Positions 37,921 through 51,487 of a stretch of DNA of 64,000 nt are shown in pieces. The notes under the pieces are model-generated. The model ran no database searches. It was not told where the DNA came from and saw only the letters and a program-made list of their open reading frames with translations. Made by a program: the position numbers and the translations under genes. The DNA lies in NCBI RefSeq assembly GCF_001194135.2, contig NC_068993.1, forward strand, positions 42,530,287 through 42,594,286, in the 5' to 3' direction. The stretch's first letter is position 1. Every line of letters begins with the position of its first letter. Source of the DNA: Octopus bimaculoides. Its lineage: Eukaryota.

Positions 37921-40824
37921 TTTATGTATTGAAACATATAGATAGATCATTTATTCGTGATACATTATGTATTAAGCACATAGATAGTTTACTTGTGAGA
38001 TAGCATGTAATAAACATATCTATAGAATTCTCGAGATATATTGTATGTTAAATATATTATATAGATAGTGTGGAGGTGGAAATAAGCAACTTACAACTCC
38101 TGAAATGCCAGTTAAAAACTAAATAATTATTGAACTTCCATTAACATATATTTGATAAAAAAAAATCACATTTCTTATATAGAAGATCTTGAAAAAAACA
38201 CTTGCAGTGAAATGATATTGACAGTTAAGTAAGTGAAAGTTCTAAGTACTTCAACATTAGATTAAGCTTTGAATGTCGTATATTTCTTTCACGTAATACA
38301 TAGATAAATACATAAATAAATAAATATTTGAAGTTACCATAGAAATGTTGTCCAAAGTGATATATATTTTTTTCCTACATTTACATAATAAGAAACAAGA
38401 AAAACACTTTTGGTGAAAATTCGATAATTCATGACACTACATGATGACGATATCAGAGAGTATTTCAACGAAAAAGGATTTGCAAGTGCAAATTTGATAA
38501 GGCTTCAGAATAGTCACCTAATTATATGCGAATGAAAGAAATGAATGGCGATTCTTAAAGAGCAAATGTTTTTCTCTGCATCAGAAGACATAAAAAAGTA
38601 TTGAAGTGTTCGGATAAAAGAGGAATCTTATAGTAAAATCTAATACACAAGTTTGATGGTACGATTGCAGAATGATAGAACTGTAAAATTAATTACCAAC
38701 GACATCTGCTTCAGCGCTTACTTCATCGTATACTTCTCTATTTTATAGTACAAAATCTGATTTTTACTTTTGCTTCCTTTACTTATTTGAATAGAATTAT
38801 AGGTTTTTCACGTCAATATCGAAGCAATCACAGTCAACTTCAATACTGATATTATTTCAGTTTGTATTTATAAGTAATTTGAGATACCCTCAGTCCTTTA
38901 TTAGATTTAAAGTCCTCGTTTTGCGGGATTTAGAATGAAATCTTTCTCATTTCTCGTAAATTAGTGTATTCAAGTACTAAAAAGCAAAAATTGTTTATTT
39001 TTATCTATTGGAAACACACAGAGGATAACAGTTGGAAGTTTTCTGATATGTTTCAGAATGCGTATTTTTTTAATGAGACTGTTTAGTTAGTAGGCTGTTA
39101 AATATCTAGCAATATAAAACTTGTTGTAAATATATGTTAAATATATATCATGCTTATATAAATTCTACCCGATTCACAGAAGTCAGTGTAATATAATGAA
39201 TTCTGAGTCGTTACAAGAAAATAAAAGTTTTTTTGCGTAACGTGAATCCAGGACAAACTAGAGCGTAGTTTGTAAAGACAAGGTAACATATTAGGAAGAG
39301 GAATTGACATTTCAAAAAGATGAGATTCCAGCAGCCTAGAAGAACAGCAGGACCAAGCTAGAAAGTCAGTGTTAGGAAGAAACAAGCAGGAGTTTTCTAG
39401 CTCTTTGCCCATCTAACAGAAACCTAATACCAACAAATACGGTGATAGAGCGGCCCACTTGCAGCGCGAGATTTCCTATAGTATGTAGGTTTCCTAAACG
39501 AGCATTCACCTACCACCTCTCTCTGAAGTGATTTTACATTCGATAATTTTACAACAGCTGTTGGTGGGGGGGCTACTACGGTTACTCTGTATTCGCTCAA
39601 TGCCTCATTTGACTGCAGTGAATCGCCTTTATGTGGCTTATTTACATTCTAGAACATCGTTGAATGATTCTATATCGTACTAGAGCAGGCAATTTAAAAT
39701 TTTCCTGGTATTGCATTTCATTCTGCAATAGACAGATTCTTTATAAATATAATGTAACCTCACGATTGATTATTACGTCTTTGTACTTTTCTGTGAGAAA
39801 ATTTTTGACTTAATGATTTTATAATGAGTTTTTATTTAAAGACTGTTACTCTGTGCGTTTTCCCCCGTAGCAGTTTCCGTACATCTTGTAAAACCCATCA
39901 TACATCTGCAACTAGGGATTCGTAAATTTATTCTTCACTTTGCTTCTAATGAGTGTATCTAATTCTCTGTTGGAGAAATGCGATCCAATTTTGGTTGCAT
40001 TTTGTTTTCTATTTCGATCGATCCCAGTTCCTCCCGTCTGCTGCCGAATGGTAATTGCAATACAATTCAGTAAGACATTTTATGTCGAAAATCTGGAAAT
40101 TTCAATTCGTGTTAGCTGTTCTTTAGTAAATTGATCGATCACTGATAACATCAATTCTGTAGATTTTTCCTTCCAATCGCATCATAATCGTTCTTTCATT
40201 TAGTGATTTAGTGGCTTGTTGCTGCAATTAGGGTAGTTTTTTCTCCTAATCTTGCTATGAGCGATATTTTGAGCTATATGTATTCACTTCTTTTTATTTG
40301 TTTATAAACAGATGATATGACTATGTAAAGGTGATAGCTCAATACTTGTGTTGCTGTGATTGATTTCTTTCTTTATGCCGAGATTCATGTTGTTAGTAAT
40401 TTCCTCGACAACAGAATCTACTGGATTGTTGATTATGTTCTTTATTGCGTGCTCTTTTTTATTTTAGTTCATTTTACTAGAAAGATCGACAACTCTCTTC
40501 ACAACGAACAACGGTTGACGATGTAACTGCCTTAGATGCAAATTTGATCAACTTGGATATTCTGCAACCCAATGATTCGTCATGTATCAAATACTTTATC
40601 TTCCAAAGACAATTTTATACAATTGGTACAGTTCAAAAGTCTACGGGCATTTCAATGGAGATTTGTGTGAACTGCAATGGTTCGGCTTGGTTTTCTGTTT
40701 TGCCGTAGCATGAGATATTGACAATCTGGAAACTTGTTTTGACTAGATCGCTCTGCTAGCAACGCTTTCCATTTTCCGTCACTTTTCTGAGGCGAAAATG
40801 AGGATAAGTCGCCATCATATGTGG

Positions 40825-41017
40825 ATGTGTGTGTAAGCATGTATGTGTGGGTATATGTGTATTTATGTATGTATTTATGCTTGTATATATATGTATAAAA
40901 TATATATATGCATATACATACATACACACACACAAATAGACACACACATATACATACATACATGCATACATACATACATACATACATACATACATACATA
41001 CATACATACATACATAC
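40825..41017. repeat. Compound (TG)/(CA)/(CATA)n microsatellite
   Basis: Directly visible. Confidence 0.95.
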
Positions 41018-41240
41018 AAGAAAAGTGTGTATCATCATAGAGGTCAGATGTCCTGCGGATGTAAATATCTCTTTGAAAATCAAAGAGAAAGATGATGAGC
41101 AACTGCTTGGACACCTACATCTTTCATATTCAGATTACAAATTTACATTCCTACCAATAACAATCATTGCATTTGGTTTTGTGAGTAAATGCCTAACTGA
41201 CAGCCTGGATACGCTTGGATTTTCAGGAAAAGAAATCAAA
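41018..41240 (+). mobile_element. RLE-type LINE endonuclease fragment
   Basis: RKVCIIIEVRCPADVNISLKIKEKDDEQLL...YKFTFLPITIIAFG: the C..IE..P.D.N...K.EK and P...GALG-like blocks of the restriction-like endonuclease. Confidence 0.8.
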
Positions 41241-44200
41241 AGTGGCTCGAGACTCAGTACGTACAAGGGAGATGGAAGGAGATAACCTTGCCTACCGAGC
41301 ACATGATGTTGAACGGGTCTGAGAGGTGATCGTTCACTCTGACTACTTAACAAATGTCGCTGTGAATTGCAGCTATTCAGCCCCTGAATACAAGCCCGAA
41401 GCCAGCTCCCTTGAGAGCCGCCGCCATGTATAGATGGTCAACCCTATCGAAAGCTTTAGACTGATCTAAATTGATCAGGCCCCCACATGTGCCGGATTTT
41501 TTAGCCACTTTCACAATGATGTATCGCATGAGGTGGAGGTTGTCGTGGATGGATCTTTTCGGGATGGCACATGCCTGTGCCGCCCCTACCAGGCCTCCGA
41601 CAACAAGCACCAGCCTCGTAGCTAACACCTTCGCCAAAATTTTGAACTCTGTATTCAGCAGAGTTATGGGCCTAAAGTTGTCAATACATTCCCCTTGTTT
41701 GGGTCTTTTCTCAGCAACGCCACCATTCCTCGGCCCACATATCTGGGAATTTTCCCATTCTGTTGCCAGTTGCAGTAAACGTTTGCTAAGAGGTCGCCGA
41801 ACAAGTCTGGCTAGCCATTGCTTCCCATATTGCAAAGGCTGTTAACGGCCTTCCACTCCGCCTGTGCTGCCGAGAGCCGCGGCAGCCCTTCGAAGTAGGA
41901 CACGAAATCCATGCTGCGAACTGGCTCACCGCTGCTCCTTAACAATTGAGCGAAGCGCCGCTGAAAGGCCGCACATATCTGTCACGGATCAATTATCATT
42001 TATCCTTCGTTGTTCGGCAAGGATCGGATCGTGCCACGCCGTGCCTCTGCCCATTGAACGGCTTTCGTTCCTTCGTGTCTAAGTGCTCGTGCCTTAGCTC
42101 TGACAACGCACTTCGTGTTTCGTATTGAAGAATCGGTCGAGTGCCAATCTTATTGCGAGCACGTCGATCGGGATGCCTTTTTTAAAAGCCTCGTCCAACT
42201 TCTTGACTAGCTCTGTCTCTACTGTTTCTTTCTATTGCTAGTCCTTTGCTAAACCTTATCATTTCTATTCTAATCGTCCGTTTCAGAGTGAACCACCATT
42301 TATAGTTAATTATTGCCCCCGTCAACGCCCTCTTAAGTAGTTCACTAATCCGGTCACCCTCCTCTCCAATCAGCTTAACCTATACAGTCTCACCTTAAAT
42401 CTAAAATTCCATTTCAGTTCCCCACTACCACCAAAGTGCGTGACGTTCCCAGGAAATTTTCCAGACGTCTGAAGAAATCTGGTCGTTCTGCCCCTGTCGG
42501 AGCATAAACGACAACTACCCTGTCTTTTGCTGTCTGTCACGTCCAGGACCACCGACTTACCTTCCAACAGTAAATCACCAAGAATTTTCTTGGTGATGTT
42601 CCCTCGAAAATCTTCGATTTCCTGTGGGTTTTTAAGTGTGTGTGTGTGTGTGTTTTGTGTTGTTTGAATGATTTGTATGTTTGCAAGTAAGGAGACTGTA
42701 GATGTGATAAAATCTTTTGGTGTAATATTTGTGCATGTTGTTATGTACTTCATTTGTGCTTATTGTCATGTAGTTTCTAATTTTAGCGTCTTTAATTTGT
42801 TTGTTGTTGTTATCGTGTTTGTTGTTGTTGTTGTTGTGATTGTTGTTATTGTGGTTGTATGTGTTGGATGGCTTGTTTCAAGTGTCAGAGGTGGTGGTGT
42901 CGATGCAGAGTTTGTTTTGGGTGTATTTGTTTTTGTTGCCTTGATGTTTTTTTCCTTTCTATTTCATGTGTGGATGAGAATTGTTGGTCCACATGCTTGT
43001 TATTCTTTCTATCTCTCTTCCGTTATTTTATTGTTTTTGTTTTTAACTTCCACTCCACATCGCGGTCCCACTCTCCACCTGTGATGCCCACCCGCTCCGC
43101 ATCAGGCAGTGGAACATCTTCGGGTGCTAAGAAGTGTTTGGAGAAACTCGGTGTCGGTATGGTTGTTGGTGTTGGTGGTGCCACGGCTGAATCTATTGAT
43201 GGTAATGGTACTACTGCTGTTGTCGCTGGAGTTCTGGTGGCTGTTGTTGGTGTACAGAGAAGAGGTGCCCGTCTCTCTTTTTCCTTCAGTCTAGGGCAGA
43301 AGGCTTTTAAATGGTTAGTTGAAAAGCAAATGTGACACCTTGCTTTCTTTCCATCTACCCTGACAGAAATTATGCTGCCTCCAGGAAGAAGGATCTAGTC
43401 CGGGATTAAATCCACATTCTTTTGTATATTTTGTGTGAGGGTTTTCTATGCTCATCCCGGACCAGTCCTCCTTTTTGGTCTGATATGCTTCGAGGATTTT
43501 CGAGTTTTCATCGATGTCTGTCGTCACTGCAGCAATTAGCCAAAGAAGGGCTATTTCGGGCGGCACCTGTTGAATTATGATTTTCGCCAGTCTCTGACCG
43601 CAGTAGAAAGGAACTAACAACAGCTCCTCGCTTTTGAGGGTATCCAGAGAGTGAGCTATGGCTTCTTCCTCATTGCGGAATCGAACTTTCACTATTCTAT
43701 AGGCCCTTTATTCTCTGTATATCTTCATTTAGATTCCAGATGGAGCACAAAGCTCTTTATATTTGAGTCTCTGTGGCCCTTTCCACCCTCCTTGATTTTA
43801 AACCGATTGTATCGTACGTCACTGCATCCTGGATTGTTTCAGGTGTGGTATTTAACTTTACAGCTCTACCGTTTCTCTCGACTAGCTGTCTAGCATTTTT
43901 AAGTTCCTCTTCAGCGAAAGGAAATTTAGAAGAACTAATCCAAGCTGTTGCACCTGTTTGTGTCTCGGCTCCTTCATTGTTTTTATCGTTGTTGTTGTTG
44001 CTTTTGCTACTGCCGTTATAGTTATTGTTAGTGGTGGTGGTGGTGCTAATGATGTTGCTGTTGTTTCTGTTACTTGTACGCAACTCGTCCGTTGCTTCGC
44101 TCTCATTGTTTACATTTTCGAAATTACTGTTTTTATTTCGAACAATGTTGTCAAAAACGGACGCCTTGCTCTTCCGAAGATCCTTGGCGAAAAATTGGCT

Positions 44201-44290
44201 CTGTTGGTCTTTTTGTCCATTTCTTCAACAAAACTACAGCTATCATCTGTTCTTTTTTTTTTTTCAGCCCGCAGTCGCTTCTATATATCT
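41241..44290 (-). mobile_element. Tx1/L1-clade LINE: ORF1 with CCHC knuckle plus fragmented ORF2 (APE endonuclease, linker, RT), 3' end lost
   Basis: ORF1 pieces 43757-44083 and 43315-43692; knuckle CHICFSTNHLKAFC at 43296-43337; endonuclease RVVVVYAPTGAERPDFFRRLENFLGTSRTLVVVGN*NGILD (~42400-42520); RT FRPITLLNTEFKILAKVLA...SIHDNL...LDQSKAFDRVDH and RQG...LYVLSLEP. Confidence 0.92.
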
Positions 44291-45467
44291 TCATATCTAC
44301 ATATAAACTGCATGTATATATACAGGCACGTATACTCATACAAATATAGGTGTNNNNNNNNNNNNNNNNNNNNNNNNNNNNNNNNNNNNNNNNNNNNNNN
44401 NNNNNNNNNNNNNNNNNNNNNNNNNNNNNNNNNNNNNNNNNNNNNNNNNNNNNNNNNNNNNNNNNNNNNNNNNNNNNNNNNNNNNNNNNNNNNNNNNNNN
44501 NNNNNNNNNNNNNNNNNNNNNNNNNNNNNNNNNNNNNNNNNNNNNNTATATTAGGTATACAGTATAATCTTTCAATTTCTTTAACTATATAATTAGAAGC
44601 AACTAACCAGCTTTGCTCAAGGTCATAAATAAATCGAACAAATTATAGAGGTTATAAAAAAAATATTTTAGTCTCACTTCACATCTTTTCTATATGATTA
44701 CACAAATTTCTGATTACAAAAAGATCTGTTAAATATATGAGGGTATATATCAATCAAAACTGCGCCATAAAAACGTGCTTTAACGGGGGAAAAAATCATC
44801 ATATATAGCGAATATTTACATATTACTCATTCCGAGCGTGTATTAATTAGATAAATAACATGGAAAAAAGCGATGTATGGAAGCGAAACGACATTGAAAA
44901 ATAATCAAATAAAATGTTATCACAATGTATTACACGTGCAAAGTAAGAAAACTGATATATGGTAATAAAAAAATATTAAAAGCGATATAACATAATAACA
45001 ACTGAGAATTATAAAATTGTTTTTCTTGCATAAGATTGCGTCGATGTCTCGATTCAGTTAGAATCTTTTCAACTGTGTATAAGAAACTTCGGTTTCAAAT
45101 CTTTTTATTTATTTTAATGACTTAGATTCTGAAGAGGAATAACAACGGCCATGACACTTTGTAAAGGCATCTAGAACTGGTAAAAGAAAAGAAGGAAGTT
45201 ATACTTATATCGAACACATAGCAGGAATGTTTGCAAGAGCATCGAACACTTCTTAAGTCTGCTAAGGAGGAAACTATAGCATTATAGTGACAGAGGTTTT
45301 ATTATCTAACATCCGTGAACAGGAAGGATCTCCTTACCGCGCTTCAATACAGTTTTCATCGTTAAATTTCGCATTTCACACAAACTAATGCATTAGCTCG
45401 ACCCGAAGCTTTTATAGAAGACATTACCCCGAATTACATGTCGTTATTAGAGGCTTATATGTGAGGA

Positions 45468-45672
45468 CGCGTGGACTTATTGTTAAGGTGTTGTTCTCAC
45501 GCTCATGATATCATGAGGTCGACTCCTGGATTGGAAGGTGCGCTGTGCTTTTCGGCAAAACACTCGATCTCTCGCTGTTTTCAGACTACTTCGACATCGA
45601 GCGTGTGACACACTGTTCACTTGTACAGGCAATGCCCATTTGATGCAGTGAGTGAGCAGTCCAAACATTTGA
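45468..45672 (+). mobile_element. Probable third tRNA-headed SINE, degenerate
   Basis: A-box-like gtggacttattgttaagg and B-box-like gaggtcgactcc, followed by gtgctttcggcaaaacac. Confidence 0.45.
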
Positions 45673-45689
45673 TCAATATAAACAATTCA

Positions 45690-46420
45690 TCAGTACAGGT
45701 TGTTCAGCAAGAAATTGCAGAGCAGTCTTTCTCGGATCGAGACACAACTATTATAAATGGGACAGAGTGATGGTGGTAGAGGCATAAGGTCAGTCCAAAC
45801 AGCATTCGATGTCGCACTGTATCACTCAGATAACACCTGCTGAACAGTAAAGAAAGAAATGCACACATAACATGCATAATCAAAAGTGAGATCTGAAATA
45901 TCTTCAGAGTTAGAGAAAAATTACCAAGCCTTAAAGAGTCTTAGAATAGATGGGGGAATATCCCGCAAAATAGAGGATAACAACGATATTGACAAGAAGA
46001 GTAACGTCATCTGGATCTTTGGTATCTATATTACATCCCACCTAGAAGGATATGCCTTCACTACCCGGGAACAGGAGGTTCCTGGATAAATACCTGATAG
46101 TAAATGTTGGCACTGCTATACCAGTGAAGAAGATAACACTTACATCATCAGCAGCTGTCCCAAAATGTCTGCGAGATACTACTTGCCGTCATGTAATTTA
46201 TGGTTGCAAAGACTATTTACAATGCTACCCTCACGGACGATCTCCGTAGCATGTGCATCATAGGCATGTCAGGAACAGTATGTATTTACAACTTTAAGAA
46301 AATGGAATACTCGTGGAACTCTACAATCAAAACAGCAATTGTGTGCAAATATAACAGGTCTGAAATTGTTCTGTGGGACAGAGAACAAAAGTTATGCACT
46401 GTTGCAGTAGCCAGTAGCCC
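45690..46420 (+). mobile_element. Decayed RLE-type LINE fragment (RT tail, CCHC finger, start of RLE)
   Basis: GGRGIRSVQTAF; HLEGYAFTTREQE; SKCWHCYTSEEDNTYIISSCPKMSARYYLP; VAKTIYNA; EYSWNSTIKTAIVCKYNRSEIVLWDREQKLCTV. Confidence 0.85.
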
Positions 46421-46609
46421 AGTGAATAACCGTAATCTGACAGTATGTTGTCAATTTAATGTGACAGTCCCATGAAAGGGAAGAATGCTACTGTTATTTA
46501 GCCCTAGGAAACACTGTTTCCTGTTGGACTTGACATATTTCCTGTGCTACTTCATAAATCTCTCTGAGAAATTTAATAATGTATTATTTCTATGATCATA
46601 ATCTGTTGG

Positions 46610-46960
46610 AACTAAACGATTTTAATGTTGAGATTGGTCTTCTTCAGAACTTTGCTAAATCTTGAGGCTAGTTCTCTATGGGCTGTGGCCTCCACAAACA
46701 TCACTCCTTGATATTCGTCACCCTTGTACCATGTGTCCACCCCATTTGCTTTGTCGCAAACTCTCTGTATCCTATTCCAGTCTTTACATCTGTATGTAGA
46801 GCAGTCACCACAGGGTTTCATTACATTTAATGTTACCTAACTTCTTTGTAGCTCCCGGGTATACCCGAATCCTATCATTTCTAGAGAATTGCGTGTGGTG
46901 CATGAAGTTCTGTACGTGTTTCTTTGTTTCATAGTGCTCTCAAAGAGGTGGACATATATA
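46610..46960 (-). mobile_element. Penelope-like element fragment (RT-to-GIY-YIG linker)
   Basis: YRCKDWNRIQR...WYKGDEYQGVMFVEATAHRELASRFSKVLKKTNLNIKIV resembles the MFV.AT....LA....KI.VE linker that precedes the GIY-YIG domain in marine-invertebrate PLEs; recognition is from memory only. Confidence 0.6.
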
Positions 46961-46968
46961 TATATAAT

Positions 46969-47045
46969 GGCGGTGCCCCAGCATGGCCACAGCTCATGAG
47001 CTGAAACTAGATATAATGAGCTGAAACTAGATACAATGAAAAAAA
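46969..47045 (+). mobile_element. Isolated SINE-A-type 3' tail with a 20 bp tandem duplication
   Basis: ggcggtgccccagcatggccacag, then atgagctgaaactagata[t/c]a twice. Confidence 0.7.
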
Positions 47046-47270
47046 AATGAATATATATATATATATATAAAGAGAGAGAGAGAGAGATACATACATAAAT
47101 ACATACATACATGCATGCATGCATGCATGCATACATACATACACACATACATACATACATACATGCATGCATGCATGCATACATACATACAAACATGCAT
47201 GCATACATACATACATACATACATACATACATACATACATACATACATACATGCATGCATACATATACAC
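47045..47270. repeat. Compound (TA)/(GA)/(CATA)/(CATG) microsatellite
   Basis: Directly visible. Confidence 0.95.
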
Positions 47271-48133
47271 GTATCTATATTCTTGTGTGGGGCGGGGTGT
47301 GTCGTGTGTGCATATATATGTCCGTGTGTGTGTATGTCGATTTCCTTGTCGCCTGGTATAAGTTTGACTAAGAAGACGACATCTGAATTGTTCCATGTTT
47401 TGTTTCAGGTAATAATTCAATGCATAAACAGAATAGTTATTTGATAGTAAACTATGATGACTATTATCTTTGATCTTCATATTATTACGAGGTTAGCTTC
47501 TGAAATGAGTTTGCTGACAGAAGAAAATTCGTCAGGTTTAGATGTTACTTGTGTGTAACTTCTATAATTTTATCTTCATAGATGACAAACTAAAACTATT
47601 GAGAACACAGACCAGAAACAGCAAAAATTATTAGAGAAAAATCATCAATCAGTAATGTGTTGTCATAAGGCTCTGACGTCGAACATAGCTTTAAACATGC
47701 AGCAGTGAATAGATGTTTACAGAATATCTTCCTTATAATTGATTCTGATCGGGTTTGTGTACACAAGCTCACACAAGTTTTAAACCCTGTAAGATTGAGG
47801 TACGAAGTTGATATGGTCCTGACCTCTTTTACTTGCCTTATGTCAACAATAAATCACACCTCCATTGTCCAACAGACTGAGTTGACATTACGCATTTTCC
47901 TTTGCTACTTTTTATTATTCATGAATGAATGTTTGCTAAGATATTAATGGCACGTTTTCATTTTGTTGTTGTTGTTGTTGTTGGTATTGTGGTTTGTCAT
48001 TATTTTTGTTTTGCTTTTTGTTTTGTTTTTGCTTTATTTTTAAGTGAAAGGAAGTGAAATATACATACTGTCCGATGCATGCCGAACATCACGTACTTGT
48101 ATAACATTTATACACAAACATATTTACATGCCC

Positions 48134-48195
<62 letters not shown>

Positions 48196-48419
48196 TTGTC
48201 TGTCTCTCTATTTGCCTATTTTCTGCCTGTCTATCTACCTAACTAAATAACTATCAATATATAAGCATAAACACATATTTTTATATATTAATAAATGCAT
48301 ATATATATGTGTGTGTGTGTGTGTGCGTGTGTGTGTACGCATATATGCGTATATATGTGTGTATATAAATGTGTGTATATACATGTGTGTATCCATATAT
48401 ATGTATGTATGTATGTATT

Positions 48420-48482
<63 letters not shown>
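48134..48482. repeat. (ATCT)n and (AGAT)n tracts in inverted orientation
   Basis: 48134-48194 and 48420-48482. Confidence 0.95.
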
Positions 48483-48483
<1 letters not shown>

Positions 48484-49249
48484 TGCATCCATGCTTCCAT
48501 GCATAGATACACAGATACACGCATGCATACATACATACATACATACATACATACCTAAATTTGCACGCATGCATTCAGAAAATGGGAGGCAAACACGTTA
48601 TTGGGTGTTAATATGTATGTTTGAGATAAAGCCAGACAAATGAAAGCATACACAAAATACATAGTCATAAATATATGAATACAAGAATATGTAAAACAGT
48701 ACTGAATGGCTCTTCACCATTTTTAACATTCATTGTAGTTTGAACAAATAAAACTGTGGAAGAATAATACACATAATGTCGTCTTTGTTTTGTTATATAC
48801 TATTTGTTGTAGCTGAGTCATATTTGAACGATTTTGCATTTAATAAACGGATTTCTACTGAGTGATAAGAAGTATAATCTGCAGATGAAACTGTCTAAAC
48901 ATGTCTGTATTTAAATAACTATTTACGCAGGAATACAAATACGTATCTGTGCATCCATATATTATAATAATATATCGTCGATCGTTCAGTTCTGTGGATA
49001 TAAGGCGTTGGCGCAATGGGTGGATTGGCGTATATGTCTTACATAAAATGCAATGATAAGGATTTCTAAAATAAAGCTACGACTACGCATTGAACCTGAG
49101 TATCGAAGATACCTCAAAAAGAACTTGCTGTCAACAAAACGCCCGTTAAGAAACGAAAGGCTTTCTGTTGACATGAATACATAAACACAAAGAAATACGC
49201 GTGTATAGACACAGTAGTGAACCACATGACGTATAGTTGTAGCAACATC

Positions 49250-49283
49250 TATATATATAAATATATCTGCATACATACATATA

Positions 49284-49326
<43 letters not shown>

Positions 49327-49660
49327 NNNNNNNNNNNNNNNNNNNNNNNNNNNNNNNNNNNNNNNNNNNNNNNNNNNNNNNNNNNNNNNNNNNNNNNNNN
49401 NNNNNNNNNNNNNNNNNNNNNNNNNNNNNNNNNNNNNNNNNNNNNNNNNNNNNNNNNNNNNNNNNNNNNNNNNNNNNNNNNNNNNNNNNNNNNNNNNNNN
49501 NNNNNNNNNNNNNNNNNNNNNNNNNNNNNNNNNNNNNNNNNNNNNNNNNNNNNNNNNNNNNNNNNNNNNNNNNNATATATACACATATATATATACATAC
49601 ATACATACATGCATACATACATACATATATACATGTATACACACACACACACACGCGCAT

Positions 49661-49716
<56 letters not shown>

Positions 49717-50119
49717 AGTATTATTATTATTATTATTATTACTATCGTATTTATATTTGTGAATGTATACATAAATGTTTTAAATACGTATGTTTGCACG
49801 TATATGTATGCATGTATGCATGCATATATATATGCAGGTGTATATATGTGTGTGTATGAGTGTGTGCGTGCAGTGATAGATAGATACATACATAGATACT
49901 AAATGTACGTATATATGCACTTATATATATATGCACAAATATGAATTTATATATATGTGTGTATATATATACATGTGTATATACGTATGTATATATATGT
50001 ACATATCTATACACACTCAGCCATCCACCTATTCATCCATCCATCTATACATACATTCATACGCACATACATACATACTACATACATATATACATGCATA
50101 CATACACACATATACATGC

Positions 50120-50210
<91 letters not shown>
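49250..50210. repeat. Extended compound microsatellite block including ~100 bp of (TA)n
   Basis: Directly visible; contains a gap. Confidence 0.95.
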
Positions 50211-50213
<3 letters not shown>

Positions 50214-51260
50214 CATGAATAAGCGAATACATATTTATACTTATTCTAATCCCAAAAGGAATGAATGGAAAGAAAAGTAGTTCATAAACCGTTAATCTCA
50301 ATTTAGTATACACAGTGCAGAGACGATAAGAATGTTTGGGGTGTTTTTTTTCTGTTTATTTGATAAAATTAATATTTTGCATTAACGTAGAGGAAGTATC
50401 TAAGACTCTTTAACGCTGCATTGGATGCACAACGGAAAGGAAGCTAACTTCACAAGTTATATTTGCTATTAGAATTTCAAGGATTTCTCTGATAGCAAAA
50501 GCACTCTGCTGTGATGCCTATTGAAGAGAAACGCAGGTCAAACTTGTATGTCAGGCAGTTCGTTTATTGTATGGTAAATATTATACAGAAGAGTTAGAAG
50601 CCGGAAGCTAAGCAGGTGCAGAAAACTGATTAAAGCGCTTGTAAATAGAGAAGCAGTTTGGGAAATCTCTCCAAGAGATATAGAGATAGATTGGATTGAA
50701 ATGATGAGTGAAAGAGAGTCGAGAGGAAGAGACAGACAAACAGTGACAGAAAGAGAGAGAGATGAAGATAGCTGAAGAGAAGGGGAGAGAGAGGGTGAAG
50801 GATAGAGAGTGGTTGAAAGGAGATAAATTCTTCGACTGGCCCAGTGCTGATAAATGAAGCAAGAATCTGAAACGGTGGAATCCCTGTATGCTATATTTGT
50901 GCTTTGAAAAACATTAAATGATTCCATTGTGATGTTGTTCCTATGACTGTAGAGATCGGGGAACAGAAGGAAAGTTGTTCGGTCTTAATTGAATCTAACA
51001 TTTACTAACTAAAATGATTTATAGTTGAAACATTTCTGTTAACTTTGAGTTTAAAAATAGTTATCTCTGAATTAAAATACCTATTATCTCATGTCTAGCC
51101 AGATGATGTTAGTATCTGTCAGATCTCAGCATCGTATTTCATTCAGAGAACGTTATTAATAACACGGAATATGTATTCACACTATGTTTCTTGCTGATAT
51201 TAATAAACTATTGTCAGTTGGGTAAAGTGGACTAATTCCAAGGCAATTCTTGAGTATATG

Positions 51261-51485
51261 TTAACCCTTCTGGTACCGTGTTTCTATTGAAATACAATGC
51301 CTTTGTTTCAAATAATCTTGAAAATAATGGATAATTTCACAAAACAATTTTGTTACTATTAAACTGCTGTTTGAAACATAAACTAATATAAAATAATAGG
51401 GGGTTTTAATTGAAATCACTTTAAAACGTGGAAGCTTGTATCAGAGAATCAGGTGAGGTTTCTGGTGAGTTGGTATGAAAATCAT
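51261..51485. mobile_element. Probable piggyBac-type MITE
   Basis: Starts TTAA-CCCTT-ctggtacc; the right end ggtatgaaaatca is a decayed inverted match; no intact right TTAA. Confidence 0.45.
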
Positions 51486-51487
51486 TG

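Noticed and set aside
38435-38535. MTLHDDDIREYFNEKGF as an RRM or gag-like fragment
   Set aside because: Too short, with no flanking motifs to support it.
42668-44554. Plus-strand Val/Leu-rich ORFs (42668-43084, 42859-43335, 43958-44554)
   Set aside because: Antisense shadows of low-complexity Thr/Asn tracts in the LINE ORF1.
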